64,000 nucleotides of DNA from the human T2T-CHM13v2.0 reference genome, Homo sapiens. The notes below the pieces were generated by a model. It had not been told where the DNA came from and searched no databases. It worked only from the letters and a program-made list of their open reading frames with translations. Positions 1 through 13,022 of the stretch are shown one piece after another (within the stretch, counting starts at the first letter, position 1; every line of letters begins with the position of its first letter). The translations under genes were made by a program, and so were the position numbers. The DNA is taken from NCBI RefSeq assembly GCF_009914755.1, contig NC_060929.1; one strand, given 5' to 3'.

Positions 1-381
1 ACTAGAAGCAGAGGAGAAAAGCCATTGCAGTAAGCAAAAGGCCATAAGTTTTCTTCCATCACCTTCCGACCCAGCCTGTTTTAAGAAAAATCTTACTTAA
101 GCACAACAGAGCTTTATACATGGTTATTTTTTCTCAACGTTTTAAGTGACCGGAACCTCTGATGACAGTAATCGCTCAGCATCCCTCACTCCTGCTCACT
201 TCCTCTTCCTGCACGCCTCGGAGGGGAAACTTTGGGACCTTCCGGCACAACAGCTGAATCACTCGCGGTCTGGGGAAGAGCCCAGGGGGAGGAAACACGC
301 GCCAAGGAACTTTAAATCTCCCTCCACTACTTTCGCCAGGGATGCAGGGACGCAGGATCTGCCCGGAGCGCTGCTACCCAC

Positions 382-500
382 CGTCGCCGCTCGCGACCAA
401 ATCCCGACTCCTCGCTCTGCGCCTCTTAGCCGCGTCGCAGCTGCAGTGTCAGCAAGTGCAGCCTCAGCAAGCACAACCGCTACCTAGACGGCAACCTGAC
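382..500 (-). other. POC5: Probable non-coding first exon of a minus-strand gene, likely POC5 (centriolar protein)
   Basis: Minus-strand donor ACG|GTGGGT with GT at 381-380, downstream of a CHR/CCAAT promoter oriented to the minus strand. The gene name is recalled from the POC5-SLC25A5P9 neighbourhood, not verified; the TSS is approximate. Confidence 0.6.
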
Positions 501-503
501 AGT

Positions 504-509
504 TTCAAA
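504..509 (-). promoter_or_regulatory. CHR element (TTTGAA), DREAM/MuvB site
   Basis: ttcaaa on + equals TTTGAA on -, next to the inferred TSS and downstream of the CCAAT boxes. Confidence 0.7.
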
Positions 510-540
510 CTGCAGGGAGGAATTAAGGACCGCCCTGGGC

Positions 541-577
541 ATTGGTCCTTTGTTTCAGCAATCTGCCGTTTGATTGG
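541..577 (-). promoter_or_regulatory. Two NF-Y CCAAT boxes, 32 bp apart
   Basis: ATTGG at 541-545 and 573-577. Confidence 0.8.
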
Positions 578-587
578 TCCGAGAGCT

Positions 588-678
588 GGGGGCGGGGATT
601 TGGGCCGCTGCCGGGAGAAGCCGGAATTACTTTGGAGAGCCCCGCCCCCTGGCTCCGCAGGTTGGTAGGGGGCGGGGT
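588..678. promoter_or_regulatory. Sp/KLF GC boxes (3)
   Basis: GGGGGCGGGG at ~588-597 and ~668-677; CCCCGCCCCC at ~640-649. Confidence 0.75.
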
Positions 679-901
679 CCTAGGGAGCCCCACCCAGCGC
701 CCGTGGGGATTAAATATTGCGCGTGCTCAGTTCTGTTCAGCGGCTGCAGGCTGCTAAGCGGCTCCGGGAGCTGATTTGGATAGAGGCTGTTGAGCAGGGC
801 TGAAGTTGGCTAATGCCGTGTGCTGTTGGCTTTCAACAATTCCGGTAACCTAGATATGAGTCCTAATGCTTTCGTCTGCATAAGAACAATCCGAAATTCT
901 G

Positions 902-1823
<922 letters not shown>

Positions 1824-2880
1824 CTAATCTCAAACGTGTCAGACTTCAAGATAGAGCCTTCTGGTGAAGTATTGGCCTTAGAATCAGATCATAATTATAA
1901 TCTAGCTTTACCATCTACTCGCTGTCACCTTGGATAATACTACTCACATACTAAGGTGGTAGGAGATTAAAGGAATTAATATATCTAAAACACCGAACAC
2001 ACAAACATATAGTCTTTCAACTTACATTGGCAACAGATAGGCTAGAGGTATGAGGACCCAGATGGCAAAGGTACCTAAGTAGCCCAGACTGGGGTTCTGC
2101 AATCTGAAGAACAGATACTGAGATCTGGGTGAGTTTTCAGGCTCCCTTCTGTTACCTCCAGTATAAGGTTTCTTTTTCTGTAGATAGAAATGACATAACC
2201 TGGGTCTCACTTACTTTTATGTTGGCAGAACCAGACTTCTACTTACACAAACAAGTAAGAAGAGCACCAGAAGTTTCTTTGGCATAAATTATGTTTGTTC
2301 TCCCCCTTTTTTTTCATGCTTATTATAGAGGACAAGTTCCTATTAATAGCTGCAAATTCATACTTGGTTCTAGTATTTGTTTTTTAATTGAATTGCCTTT
2401 TGGTGACCCCATACACTATAATTGATACTGAATCACTCTTCTGGTGCCCTCCTGCCACTAGGCTCCAAGTTTCTCTTTTCTGTCTTCCTTTTTGGGGAGG
2501 AGAGATTTTTATCGCAAACCATTTAGTAAACAATCCCATTCTCCTGTAAAACTATAGAGAGAAAGAGACAGAACCTTGTCTGGATGTTATGAATTTAGAA
2601 CTGATATCTTTTCCCAAGGTTCCTAGAGAGGGAGGGAAAGAGAGAGAGAGAGAATTTAAAGCCCCCACAAACCCATAATAACTTGGTTGCCAGCTTGAAC
2701 CCTTCATAATTATTTATTCATTCAACACAAATATTTAACATCTGTCACAGGCAAAGCAAATTTTTGTTGGTGCTGGGGATAGAGTGGTGAGCAAAACACA
2801 GTTTGCCCTCATGGAACTAAGAGTCTAATGGGAAAAACCGATATCAAACCAACAAATCCACCACACATATGAATACATAA

Positions 2881-3065
2881 CAGCTGTGTGAACCTGGGCA
2901 AGCTGCATAACCTCTCTGTACTTCGGTTTCTGTATCTGAAAAATGAGGGTAGGAATTCGCTCACTGAGAATTAAATTAACGTAGGTGCTATTCTTATCCT
3001 CATTTTTCAGATAGAGAAACTGAAGCACAGAGAGGTTATGCAGCTTTCCCAGGTTCATGTAGCTG
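2881..3065. repeat. Inverted pair of MIR cores forming a 76-bp-arm hairpin
   Basis: 2881-2956 versus reverse complement of 2990-3065: 67/76 identical, no gaps, 33-nt spacer; the arms resemble the MIR core. Confidence 0.9.
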
Positions 3066-3334
3066 GTAAGAACAGAGTCCATGTTCTTATCACTCAAGAT
3101 GTTCTGTTGGGGACGGCATGCCATGGTCTTAAGGTAAGAAAGGGCTAAGTGAGTGAAGAGAAAGTGGCACAGGATGAGGCTGCAGATAGAGATGGAGGCC
3201 CAACTATGCAGGACTTGTTAAGGATTTGAGATTTTAAGTTCAATGGGATGTATTTTAGATATTCAGGAGAGAGATGAGGACAACTTGAACTAGACGAGTG
3301 GCAAAGGAGATGGAGAGAAGACAGAAATGAGATA

Positions 3335-3681
3335 CAGTCATCACTTGCTATTCCTAGGGATTGGTTCCAGGACCACTCCTGATGTCTTCCCCTCCCCCTC
3401 CGCCAAAGTAAATACCAAAATTGAGGATGCTCAATTCGCTTATATAAAATGGTATAGTATTTGCATATAACCTACAGACATCCTCCCATGTACTTTAAAT
3501 AATCTCTAGATTACTTATAATACCTAACATAATGTAAATATATGTATGTAAATGGTTGTTATATTTTATTGTTTTTTATTTGTATTATTTTTTACTTTTA
3601 AAATTTACTTTTTTGAATATTTTTGATCCACGGTTGGCTAAATCTGCTGATGTGGGACCTGAGGATATAGGGGGCCAACTG
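3335..3681. mobile_element. MER2 (Tigger-family MITE) within L2 remnants
   Basis: cagtca...ggattggttccaggacc...ggccaactg, flanked by TA. Confidence 0.85.
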
Positions 3682-4012
3682 TATGTTTTGGAGGTATAAT
3701 TGGTGGGACTTGATGATAGGATTTGGACTGTATCTGAGGTGAAGGAGAGAAAAGTGTGAAGGACTCCAGGTTTCAGGTTTCTCGCTTGAGCAACTGAGTG
3801 GATGACAGCATCAGATATTGAGGAGAACACTGGAAGAGGAGCAGGTTTTGAAAGTGGAAGATCAAAATTGAATTTTAAACATTCTTTAAACATGAAATAT
3901 CTGGAGATACCCAAATGGAGTATCCATCAGACCACTGAACTTACATGTCTAGGGCTCAGAAAAGAGGTCACTGCCTAGATATATAAACTGGGTGGCTTTT
4001 GCATATAGATTT

Positions 4013-4447
4013 TGTGGAGGATTGCAAAAATGGCTCCAATTCTACATCTCTCCAGGTATTGATGTCCTGTGCCATGCAATTTCACTTGGAGTGCTTCTCT
4101 ACTAATGACCAACGGAATGTTAACAAATATGATGCAAGCGGAAGTTTCAAAATACTTACGTGCTTGGCTTAGCTTGCTCTTGCCCTCTGTTACAACGATG
4201 AAATACGCCTGGGCTAGCCTGCTGGAAGATGAAAGACACATGTAGTAGAGCCAAGTTGCCCCAGTCATCCTAGCCAAGGCCATCCTAGGTCAGCCTATAG
4301 CCATTTGACTCCCCAACAGGTGTGTGAATCTAAGAACCACCCAGACAACCTACAGAGTCATGAACTCAATTATTATTGACTGTTTAAAGTCACTGTGTTT
4401 AGGGTGGTTTGTTATGTAAGCTTATTATGACAATAGATAACTGATAC
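4013..4447 (+). mobile_element. MaLR LTR (MLT1F/G-like)
   Basis: tgtgg...aaaaatggctcc start; caatagataactgataca end. Confidence 0.75.
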
Positions 4448-6159
4448 AGATGCACTTTAAAGCCAAAGAACTAGATGAGACAATCTAGTGGGGGAGAGCA
4501 AAATGAGTAGAGAAGAGGATTTGGAACTGAACCCTGATGTCCTCTAATGTTTAGAGGTTGGGTAGCAATGGAGGAGCCAGCAAAGGAGACTGAGAAGGAG
4601 GTGCTGGAGAAGTGGGAGGAAAACCAGCAGAGGCTTCAGTAAAATGCTAGTGAAGTGACTATTGTGTTTGACAATATGGAGTTCCCCCATGTCTTGGCCC
4701 TTCCATGGGCCCCAAGTTCTGAACCTCCTCTAGTACCTGTCTTCTTTCCATCTCTCATGTTTTTGGTTAAGCCACTGCTGAATTTGGCTTGGACTGTTTC
4801 TTGATTGTATGCCTTCATTTCTTCTTTCTACAATTCACTCTTCACACTGCTGATAAACTATCTTCTTAGAATATCACTGGATTGCATCACCTATCCAAAA
4901 GCCTTCCACGGTATTGCATGGCATCCAAAGCTCTCCTAAACCAAGCCCCACAAAACACCAAAAGGACTATGCTGGAGTCCCCAAATGTACCACTTATCAG
5001 GTAGGAAACTTTGGGGCAGGTGTACATTCTTTATATGCTTGAGTTTCATCTCTTTAAAATTGAGAAAGTATTAGAACATATAAAATCTAACTCTACATCT
5101 AAACCAGGACCTGAACGTAAATCTATTGTCTCTCTCTCTCTCTTTTTCTGTCTCTCAATATCAGTTCCCTCCTGCTCTAGTAAACTAATTGAAGCTGAGC
5201 ATATAGCTGCATAGCAGGACTACCTTTTCCACCTACCTATCAATTAAGTGAGGCCAGAAGCCATAGAATGTGAGTGGAAATGCAGTGTATCACTTCCTGT
5301 GAACTGGGATTTAAGACATTAGGTGTCTTTCTCCAAGTCTTCTTCTCTTTTCCCACTATGGTGGGCTGCATGACCATGTGGAATATAACTCTCCTGCTAG
5401 TTCTGTAGTATGAGAAAACATCTTTTTAAAAAAGTTTTTATATTTGAGGGTCAATTTTTCATGGCTTTTAACTAACACCACATCTACACCTCTACAGATG
5501 GGTATATAAAGTTGTTGAGAAGTAATGTATATGAAAGCACTTTGCAAAATTTTAAAGTAAGGCAGCCAAGTGAGGTAGAAAGAACATAGAATTTGGATTC
5601 TTAAGATCTGGGATCCAGCCTTTCCTAAGATATAGGCCTAAAGTTAAGATGACTTTAGGCACCTGTTGGAAAGCATCTATTAATTTCCACTAATATGATT
5701 ATTAGTTGAAATTATTATTATAATATTAATAATATTAGTGGAGAGAGTTGATACCTATGTTATTTTTGCTGGACATTGTGTTAGGGCACTGATTTGAAAC
5801 CTGTTTCTTTTTAAGGTCATCCATGACTCACTTAAAAATCCTTCACCCTATTATCTCTTCACCCTATTATTTGTTTAGCTGGGACTTTAAGAGAACATTC
5901 CTCATTCTAGGGATCTTTAACACTGATGACTCTTGTCCAGGGTAGCAACCACAGTCTAGTCTATTACTTTCATTTTATGAAGGAGGAATTTAGACCAAGA
6001 GGGATCTATGTTTGCTATCTTTGAGCTGGAAATCTAGTGAGAGAGAGAGAGAGAGATCGGAAGTGGGAGTGGAGATGGGTGCAGATTTTAGGAACAGGGC
6101 TGTTACTAGTGCCTACATCTAGGTAGAGGCTGCCATGATGTTCCTTAAAAATTTGATTT

Positions 6160-6815
6160 AAAAAAATATAATTTCAACTTTAATTTTAGATTCAGGAGGT
6201 ACATGTGCAGGTTTGTTACATGAGTATATTGCATGATGCTGGGGTTTGGGATATGAATGATCCCATAATGCAAGTAGTGAGCATAGTACCCAATGGTCTT
6301 TCAGCCCTTTCTCCCCACCCTGCCAGTAGTCCACCAGTGTCTATTGTTGCATCTTTACACCCATTAACACCCAATGTTTAGCTCCCACTTATAAGTAAGA
6401 ACACACAGTATTTGGTTTTCTGTTCCTCTGTTAATTTGCTTAGGATAATGGCTTCCAACTCCATCCATGTTGCTGCAAAGGACAAGTTTTAATTTTTTTT
6501 TTTTTAAGAGGTGGAGTCTTGTTATGTTGGCCAGCCTGGTCTTGAACTCCTGGCCTCAAGTGATACTCCCATCTCGGCCTCCCAAAATCCTGGGATTACA
6601 GGCATGAGCCCACCATGCTGACATGGTTTTATTCTTTTTTATGGCTGTGTAGTATTCCATGGTGTAGATGTACCACATTTTCTTTATCCAACCCAACATT
6701 GAAGGACACCTAGATTGATTCCATATTTTTGCTATTGGGAATAGTGCTTTGACAAACATATGAGTACAGGTGTCTTTTTGGAAGAACAATTTATTTTCTT
6801 TTGGATATATACCCA
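6160..6815 (-). mobile_element. Old L1 (L1PA16/L1PB-like) 3' end with an Alu monomer inserted at ~6493-6620
   Basis: L1 3' UTR (gtacatgtgcaggtttgttacat) and ORF2 C-terminal remnant WIKKMWYIYTMEYY. Confidence 0.85.
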
Positions 6816-8469
6816 GCTATATATCCAAAAGAAAAAATCTATATATCAAGTAGGAAGGTGTGCAAAGATCATGGTAAATTAATTTTGACCAAGTGGCTCA
6901 CAATACAGGTCCCAAGTAGAACTCCTGTAGTTAGACTACACAGTCTTTTTACAACCTCTTCACACTCTGAGAGCCATTTAACTGAGGCGGAGCAGAAGGA
7001 AAAAGACCCTATCAATAAGGCAAAAACGCAGAGTAAATGATGGTTATTATGGACACAGTGGTCTACATATGAGGCAGTTCACCACTTTTCTGTGGATTAA
7101 GGGCTTATTCAGAGTATTTTGATTCTCTGGATTCTACAGGCCTGGCTCTGTTATTGCAGAAGGGAGTTCATTTCTTGGCCCTCATCACCAACCTTCTGCT
7201 TTTCCTAATTATAAACACTCATTCTTGAACCTCTCTAATAGCATCTTCTAGCCATATAAAAACTTCCTTACCCTTAGCATTCTTTCTCCTGATAAAACAA
7301 TCTAGCATGAGGTGTGAGAGGCAGGATTAATTAGCTTTTCAGAGAACAATATTACTGAGTTTGAGTACTATACAGATGCTGTATTCTTGGATCTTTAGGG
7401 CTTCTGAGGGTGAGTTTGTAGATCAGGGTCATTCAGCTCAGTAATAAGAATTTACGCATTCTAAATTATGACCCTTCTTTCCTTTCTCCATTCTTCCCTT
7501 TCATTTTTTTTTTTTAATGGAGGGAAGGGAAGAGAGGCTAGATCTAGTATTTTAAAGCAGATTTGAAATGTTGTGGAAGAATTTGTTTCCTGTCTTTGAA
7601 AGCACCATTCTAATTGCTTTTTTGTAGTTGCCTTTTGTGTGTGAGGGGTCATGCCAATCAATCCACCTCACATCTATAAACATGTCCCAAAGCTTAATTG
7701 CAGATCTATTGTTTGTAACTTGAAATGCATTTTCCTACAGAAAAATGAAAGTATTATAATTCCAAGGTCAGCTCAATTATGAGTCCATAATAGGGCTGAA
7801 ACATTGTTTGCAAGCATTGTTTGCAGTATGGTAGAAAACTATACTGTTGCAAGGCTAGCAGATTTAATGAACAGGAGGAAGAATGCTAAATGAGAAAAAA
7901 GCTTACTGTATTTTTATCTTGAATGCCGATGAAAAAGAAAAATGGCAATATGGTAGGAGTGGTGATATGCTTATTTACTTAGAGGAGGCTACAAAAAGTG
8001 TATTGAATTTAGGGAATTGATGGGGAGGTGGCAGGAGAGGAGTAGACATGATGAGCTTAGTAGGAAACAGAAAGTGTTTTCTGCTCTGAGACGTATCCTG
8101 TGTCTACCACGCTCCCAGCCCCTTTGGAGCATCTGTACCTCCCAATCTCACACAAGTTACTGTGTGAGTTAAAATATTAGTCTCCCTATACACAGCCTGC
8201 ATGTGTCTTAATGTGTCTCTCATTTCACAGTCTGTGGGAGGATAGGTAAAAGGAGATTGGGGATCCCAGGTCATAGTCTCCATCTTGTAGCTCACCAGTT
8301 GGGGTCTATTTTAAGTCTGATTAATGGAGATACTAATCTTCATTAGCAAGGTCTTCAAGTGACTTGTCTTAGTGGAATAAGTGTGGCAATAAGAAACAGA
8401 AAACTCAATTTAAATGGCCCTGAATCCGTCCATTAGCACTCAATATAAGAAACTGGTAAAAGGATGAAT

Positions 8470-8975
8470 TAGTATCGCCAAAGTAAATGACCATCTTTGC
8501 CCAGTGCATTTGGCAAGTCAGTATGCTGAGACACTGGGTTGCAGAAGAGAAAGAGATTTGATTGTAGGGCAGACAAATGAGGAGATGGGAGGAAATCTCA
8601 AATCCATCTGCCCAGGAGTTTGGGGCTAGGGTTTTTAAAGGTCTTGGAGTGGGCCAAAGTGTGGAGATCGTTGATTGCTTGAAGAGTGCAAGGTGAAGTC
8701 ATGGGATAGGGAGATGAAGAAACTGTATTCTCATGCTGATTCCTCTGTGAGGGTCTTTGAACTGTTTCCCTGGAACTCAGGATCTGAAAAACTTCTTAAG
8801 CAATCCTTAAACAGAAGCTTTATGATTCTAATGTCAGCAATTCTATCAATAGGAACAGTGGGGATACAAATGGTCAGTATCTAGTGACTTTCAGTTACAA
8901 GGAAGTGGGCCAAAGTGCAGCCTGATTAATATAATTATATTTCTGTCTAGAATTCTTGTTAACCCTGTGGGAGGA
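8470..8975 (-). mobile_element. ERV1-class solo LTR (LTR8/LTR26/LOR1-like)
   Basis: ctcaaatccatct...ggggctagggtttttaa motif of this LTR group; subfamily uncertain. Confidence 0.6.
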
Positions 8976-8999
8976 TGGCTTATTGACTTTTCTTTAAAA

Positions 9000-10185
9000 A
9001 TTTTTTTTAAAATTTTTAATTTTTATGGGTACATAGTAGGTATATATATTTATGGGGTGCTTGAGATGTTTTGATACAGGCATGCAATGTGAAATAATCA
9101 CATCATGGAGAATAGGGTATCCATCCCATTAAGCATTTATCTTTTGTGTTACAAACAATCCAATTACACTCTAGTTATTTTTAAATGTACAATTAAGTTA
9201 TTGTTGACCACAGTCACCCTGTTATGCTATCAAATAGTAGGTCTTATTCATTCTTTCTATTTTTTTGTACCCATTAACTGTCCCCATCTCCCTTGCCAGC
9301 TCCTCAATACCCTTCCCAGCCTCTGCTAATCATCCTTCTATTCTCTATGCCCATGAGTTCAATTGTTTTGATTTTTAGATCCCACAGATAATTGAGAACA
9401 TGCAATGTTTGTCTTTCTGTGCCTGGCTTATTTCACTTAGCATAATGATCTCCAGTTCCATCCATTTTGTTCAAATGATAGGATCTCATTCCTTTTCATG
9501 GCTGAATAGTACTTCATTGTGTATATGTACCACATTTCCCTTATCCATTCATCTGTTGATGGACATTTAGATTGCTTCCAAATCTCAGCTATTGTAAGCA
9601 GTGCTGCAACAAACATGGGAGTGCAGATATATCTTTGATATACTGATTTCCTTTATTTGGGGTATATACCCAGCAGTGGGATTGCTGGATCATATGGTAG
9701 CTCTAGTTTTAGTTTTTTTGAAGAACTTCCAAACTCTTCTCCATAGTAGTTGTACTAATATACATTCCCACTAATAGTGTACAAGGCTTCCTTTTCTCCA
9801 CATCCTCACCAGCATTTGTTATTGTCTATCTTCTGGATATAAGCCATTTTAACTGGAGTGAGATGATATCTTTGTGGTTTTGATTTGCATTTCTCTGATG
9901 ATGAGTGATGTTGAGCACCTTTTCATATACCCGTTTGCTATCTGCATGTCTTCTTTTGAGAGATGTCTATTAAAATATTTTGCCTATTTTTGATTAGATT
10001 ATTAGATTTTTTTCCCATAGAGTTGTTTGAGCTCCTTATATATTCTGGTTATTAATCCCTTGTCAGAGGGGTAATTTGCAAATATTTCCTACCATTCTGT
10101 GGGTTGTCTCTTCACTTTGTTGATTATTTCCTTTGCTGTGCAGAAGCTTTTTAACTTGATGTGATCCATTTGTCCATTTTTATTT
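9000..10185 (-). mobile_element. L1MA-type 3' fragment
   Basis: gggtacatagtaggtatatatatttatggggt L1MA 3' end followed by ORF2 3' sequence. Confidence 0.88.
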
Positions 10186-10927
10186 GTAAACCTTTATGGT
10201 GAACTCTGATGAAGAAATGTGCTATTTTATATAAATGTTTATGTTTAACTTTGATGAAGAAATGTACTATTTTATGTTGCAGAAGCACAGCCTTCTGTTG
10301 AATGATCTTTTAGAAGGAAGTCCCTTTCCTGTCTTGAGTCTTCATAGAATTAGCTTGCTTTCTTCTAAAAATATCTGCCCATCACTCTTATTTAGAATTC
10401 TTCGTTTTCTGAGACTGTTCATATATTAGGATGTTCTTTCCCCAGACTCCCTGTTTTTTCGTTTGCTCCTAATAAAGAATAGACTGTCTCTTCATTGAAA
10501 GATTTTTTAAAAAACATAAATAAATTATGATAAATAGATTGGAGTATAAAAACCAATCCGTTTGTATAAGTTACAAAAGTTCCTGAAGTGTCAAAAACCC
10601 TCATAGTAATTATTAATCATTTTCAATTTCCTGAGTTCTCTTCTGAGGTGGTAGATACTGACTCCAGTTTTTAGTTTGCGAATCAGCTTATATGTCTGGT
10701 GTATGTGCCAAACTAGTCTTACTGTAGCCTGGAGTTGATACAAGTTAGTTTTATGGATAGGTCTGAGAGATGGTCCCTTTGAGAATGTCCTTTCAGTTTC
10801 TACCTTGCAGGAATGGGTTATTCTTACCCCCATATGTTTCATTCCATTTTCCTCCCCTATGTAAACTTCCCCTCACCCAACATTGCTTGGGTCTCCTGTG
10901 TTCCCTAGTGTGCATCAAACTAACCTG

Positions 10928-11392
10928 TGTTGACCTAAAAGGAAGAAGCTTAAGCAAAATTAATATAAGTAGAGAGTTAATTTGGGCCAAGTTTGAGGAT
11001 TGCAACCTGGAAGCATAGATTCAAGTTGTCCTGAATATACATTCCAGATAATAGCAGTTACAAGTAGATTTTTAAAGGCAGAAAGAGGGGGCAGGGAGTG
11101 GGCTGATACAAAGTCATCTGTCAGGAATTCTCATTGGTTTACAGAAATAACATTGACTGGTGATTGGCTAGACGTTGTTAAACTATAGGGTGTTGTTTAT
11201 AGTGTCCGGTGTGGCATTAGGTTAATTTATAGCAACTTGTGGCAGTAGCAAGCAGTTTCAAGAGTTGAATACATAGCTCAAAGAAGGGAGTAGGGTGTGA
11301 TTGCTGTCTCATTTCAATGCCTCTCTGGGCCTAATAATTTGAAAAGGCTTACATTCCTCAGATCAACCTTTTTTTTTCTTTCCTCACCTTGA
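10928..11392 (-). mobile_element. ERV1-class solo LTR (MER4 group)
   Basis: tgttgacctaaaaggaagaagc...gggccaagtttgaggattgcaacc; LTR-sized with TG..CA-like ends. Confidence 0.6.
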
Positions 11393-11957
11393 CAGTTTAC
11401 TAGGACATGGGTTGCTGGGCTTCACTTTGGGAGTTTCTGATTAAGCAGGTTTGAAGTTGGGCCCAAGAATGTGCATTTCAAACAAGTTCCCGTGTGATAT
11501 TGATGCTTCTGGCCACAGGGCCGCTTTGCCCTAGGTCAATTAGGGTCCTAGCTTCTAGCAAGAGCAGTATTCTCTGTGGCTCTAAGCTTCAGCATTGTTC
11601 ACCCTATCACAATCAGGCCTCTCTGTAACTTTGCTCTAGACACTCCAAGCTTCATAGCTGGTTCCCTGGAGGTTGAAGTCAATTTCCTACTTAAACCCCA
11701 AAGACACTTTTCCAGACTTCTGATTGTAGAGTCCAGTTCTGACAGCTGTGCACGTTGGAAGTCTCCAGGGTTCTGGGCTTTTCAAGTCTCAACCTCTCTT
11801 CATTCCGGTTCCCTCTATTCGTTTCAGTTGCCAGCAAATACACCCCACTGAAGCTTAGCTTTTCACCTCCTCTTCTAAGTAGCACCTAATCCTAATTCAT
11901 TCATGATGGGTGTGTGATCCTGAGAGCCATTTAGTATTTCATCTTTTCCCTCCATAG

Positions 11958-12345
11958 CTTAGCTTAGTCCATTTTGTGTCGCTGCAACAGAATACCACAG
12001 CCTGGATATTTTATAAAGAAAGTGATTTTATTTATTACAGTTCTGGAGGCTGGGAAGTCCAAGATTGAGGGGCGGGCATTTGGTGAAAGCCTTGCTGCAT
12101 TAGCCCATGGTGGAAAGTGAAAGGGCAAGAGAGTGAAGGAGAGTAAGAGGGGGCCAAACTCGCCTTTATAACAAGGCTACTCTCTTGATAACTAACCTAC
12201 ACCAGCAATAACAACATCAATCCATTCCTGAGAGCAAATCCCTCATGACCTAATCACTTCCTATTAGGCCCCACCTGCAACACTGCTGCGTCGGGGGGAT
12301 TAAGTTTTCAACACTTGAACTTCAGGGACACATTCAAACCAGAGC
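11958..12345 (-). mobile_element. MaLR LTR (MLT1A/MST-like)
   Basis: cttagtccattttgtgt...acagttctggaggctgggaagtccaagat. Confidence 0.85.
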
Positions 12346-12604
12346 ATAGCTTTTAGCAGATATTCATTGCCTGCCTCAAAGCTGCTGTAATTGAAGGTGG
12401 GGACTGGGTTCCAGGGCTTACTGTGGCTCCTAGATCTGTAAGTTAAGGTACGTCCCATGTGCTATTCCATTACTCAAGACATTGATCTTTCTCCCAGGGA
12501 AATGGTTTTGCGGAAATGCAGTTTCAGGCTGATAGCAGCTTTGGAGTAAAGCCAAGGTCTCAGTAATATTTCTTTTATTTGTTTCCCAACAGTCTGACAA
12601 CAAA

Positions 12605-13022
12605 GCCTTTGTTCTCTAGAGAAACAGATTTTGTGTGTGTGTGTGTGTGTGTGCGTGTGTGTTTATTATAAGGAATTGGCTCATTGGCTCATGCAATTAT
12701 GGAGGCTGAGAAACTTTACAGTCTGCCATCTGCAAGCTGGAGACCCAAGAGATCCTGTGGTGTCCAGTCCAAGTGCAGGAGAAGACTGATGTTCCAGCTT
12801 GAAAACAGGCAGAGAGAATGAATTCTCCCTTTTGTTCTATTCAGGTCTCTAAAGGATCAGATGAGGCCCACCCACATTGGGAAGGGCAAGCTGAGACTAA
12901 GTCAGCTGACTCAAATGTTAACTCTTCCAGAAACCCTCAGAAACTCACCCAGAATAATGTTTAACCAAATATCTGGGCACTCCATGTCCCAGTCAAGTTG
13001 ATACATAAAATGAATGATCACA
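12605..13022 (-). mobile_element. MLT2 (ERVL) LTR with internal (TG)n
   Basis: gttctctagagaaacaga...tttattataaggaattggctca...cccagtcaagttgatacataaaat. Confidence 0.85.

Larger units (their letters stand above)
250..830. promoter_or_regulatory. CpG-island promoter, probably bidirectional
   Basis: GC-rich and CpG-dense (e.g. cgtcgccgctcgcg, cgcgtcgc) against an AT-rich, CpG-depleted background; contains GC boxes and CCAAT boxes. Confidence 0.9.

Noticed and set aside
588-685. Promoter G-quadruplex
   Set aside because: G-runs are explained by GC boxes and do not give four G3 tracts with short loops.
146-774. Overlapping 66-113 aa ORFs in the CpG island
   Set aside because: Expected in GC-rich, stop-poor DNA; mostly non-ATG starts; no recognisable protein.
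2825-3124. 99-aa minus-strand ORF across the hairpin
   Set aside because: Made of MIR/L2 sequence; no domain or splice support visible.
7800-7826. Tandem cattgtttgca (two FOX-like sites)
   Set aside because: Simple short duplication without supporting context.
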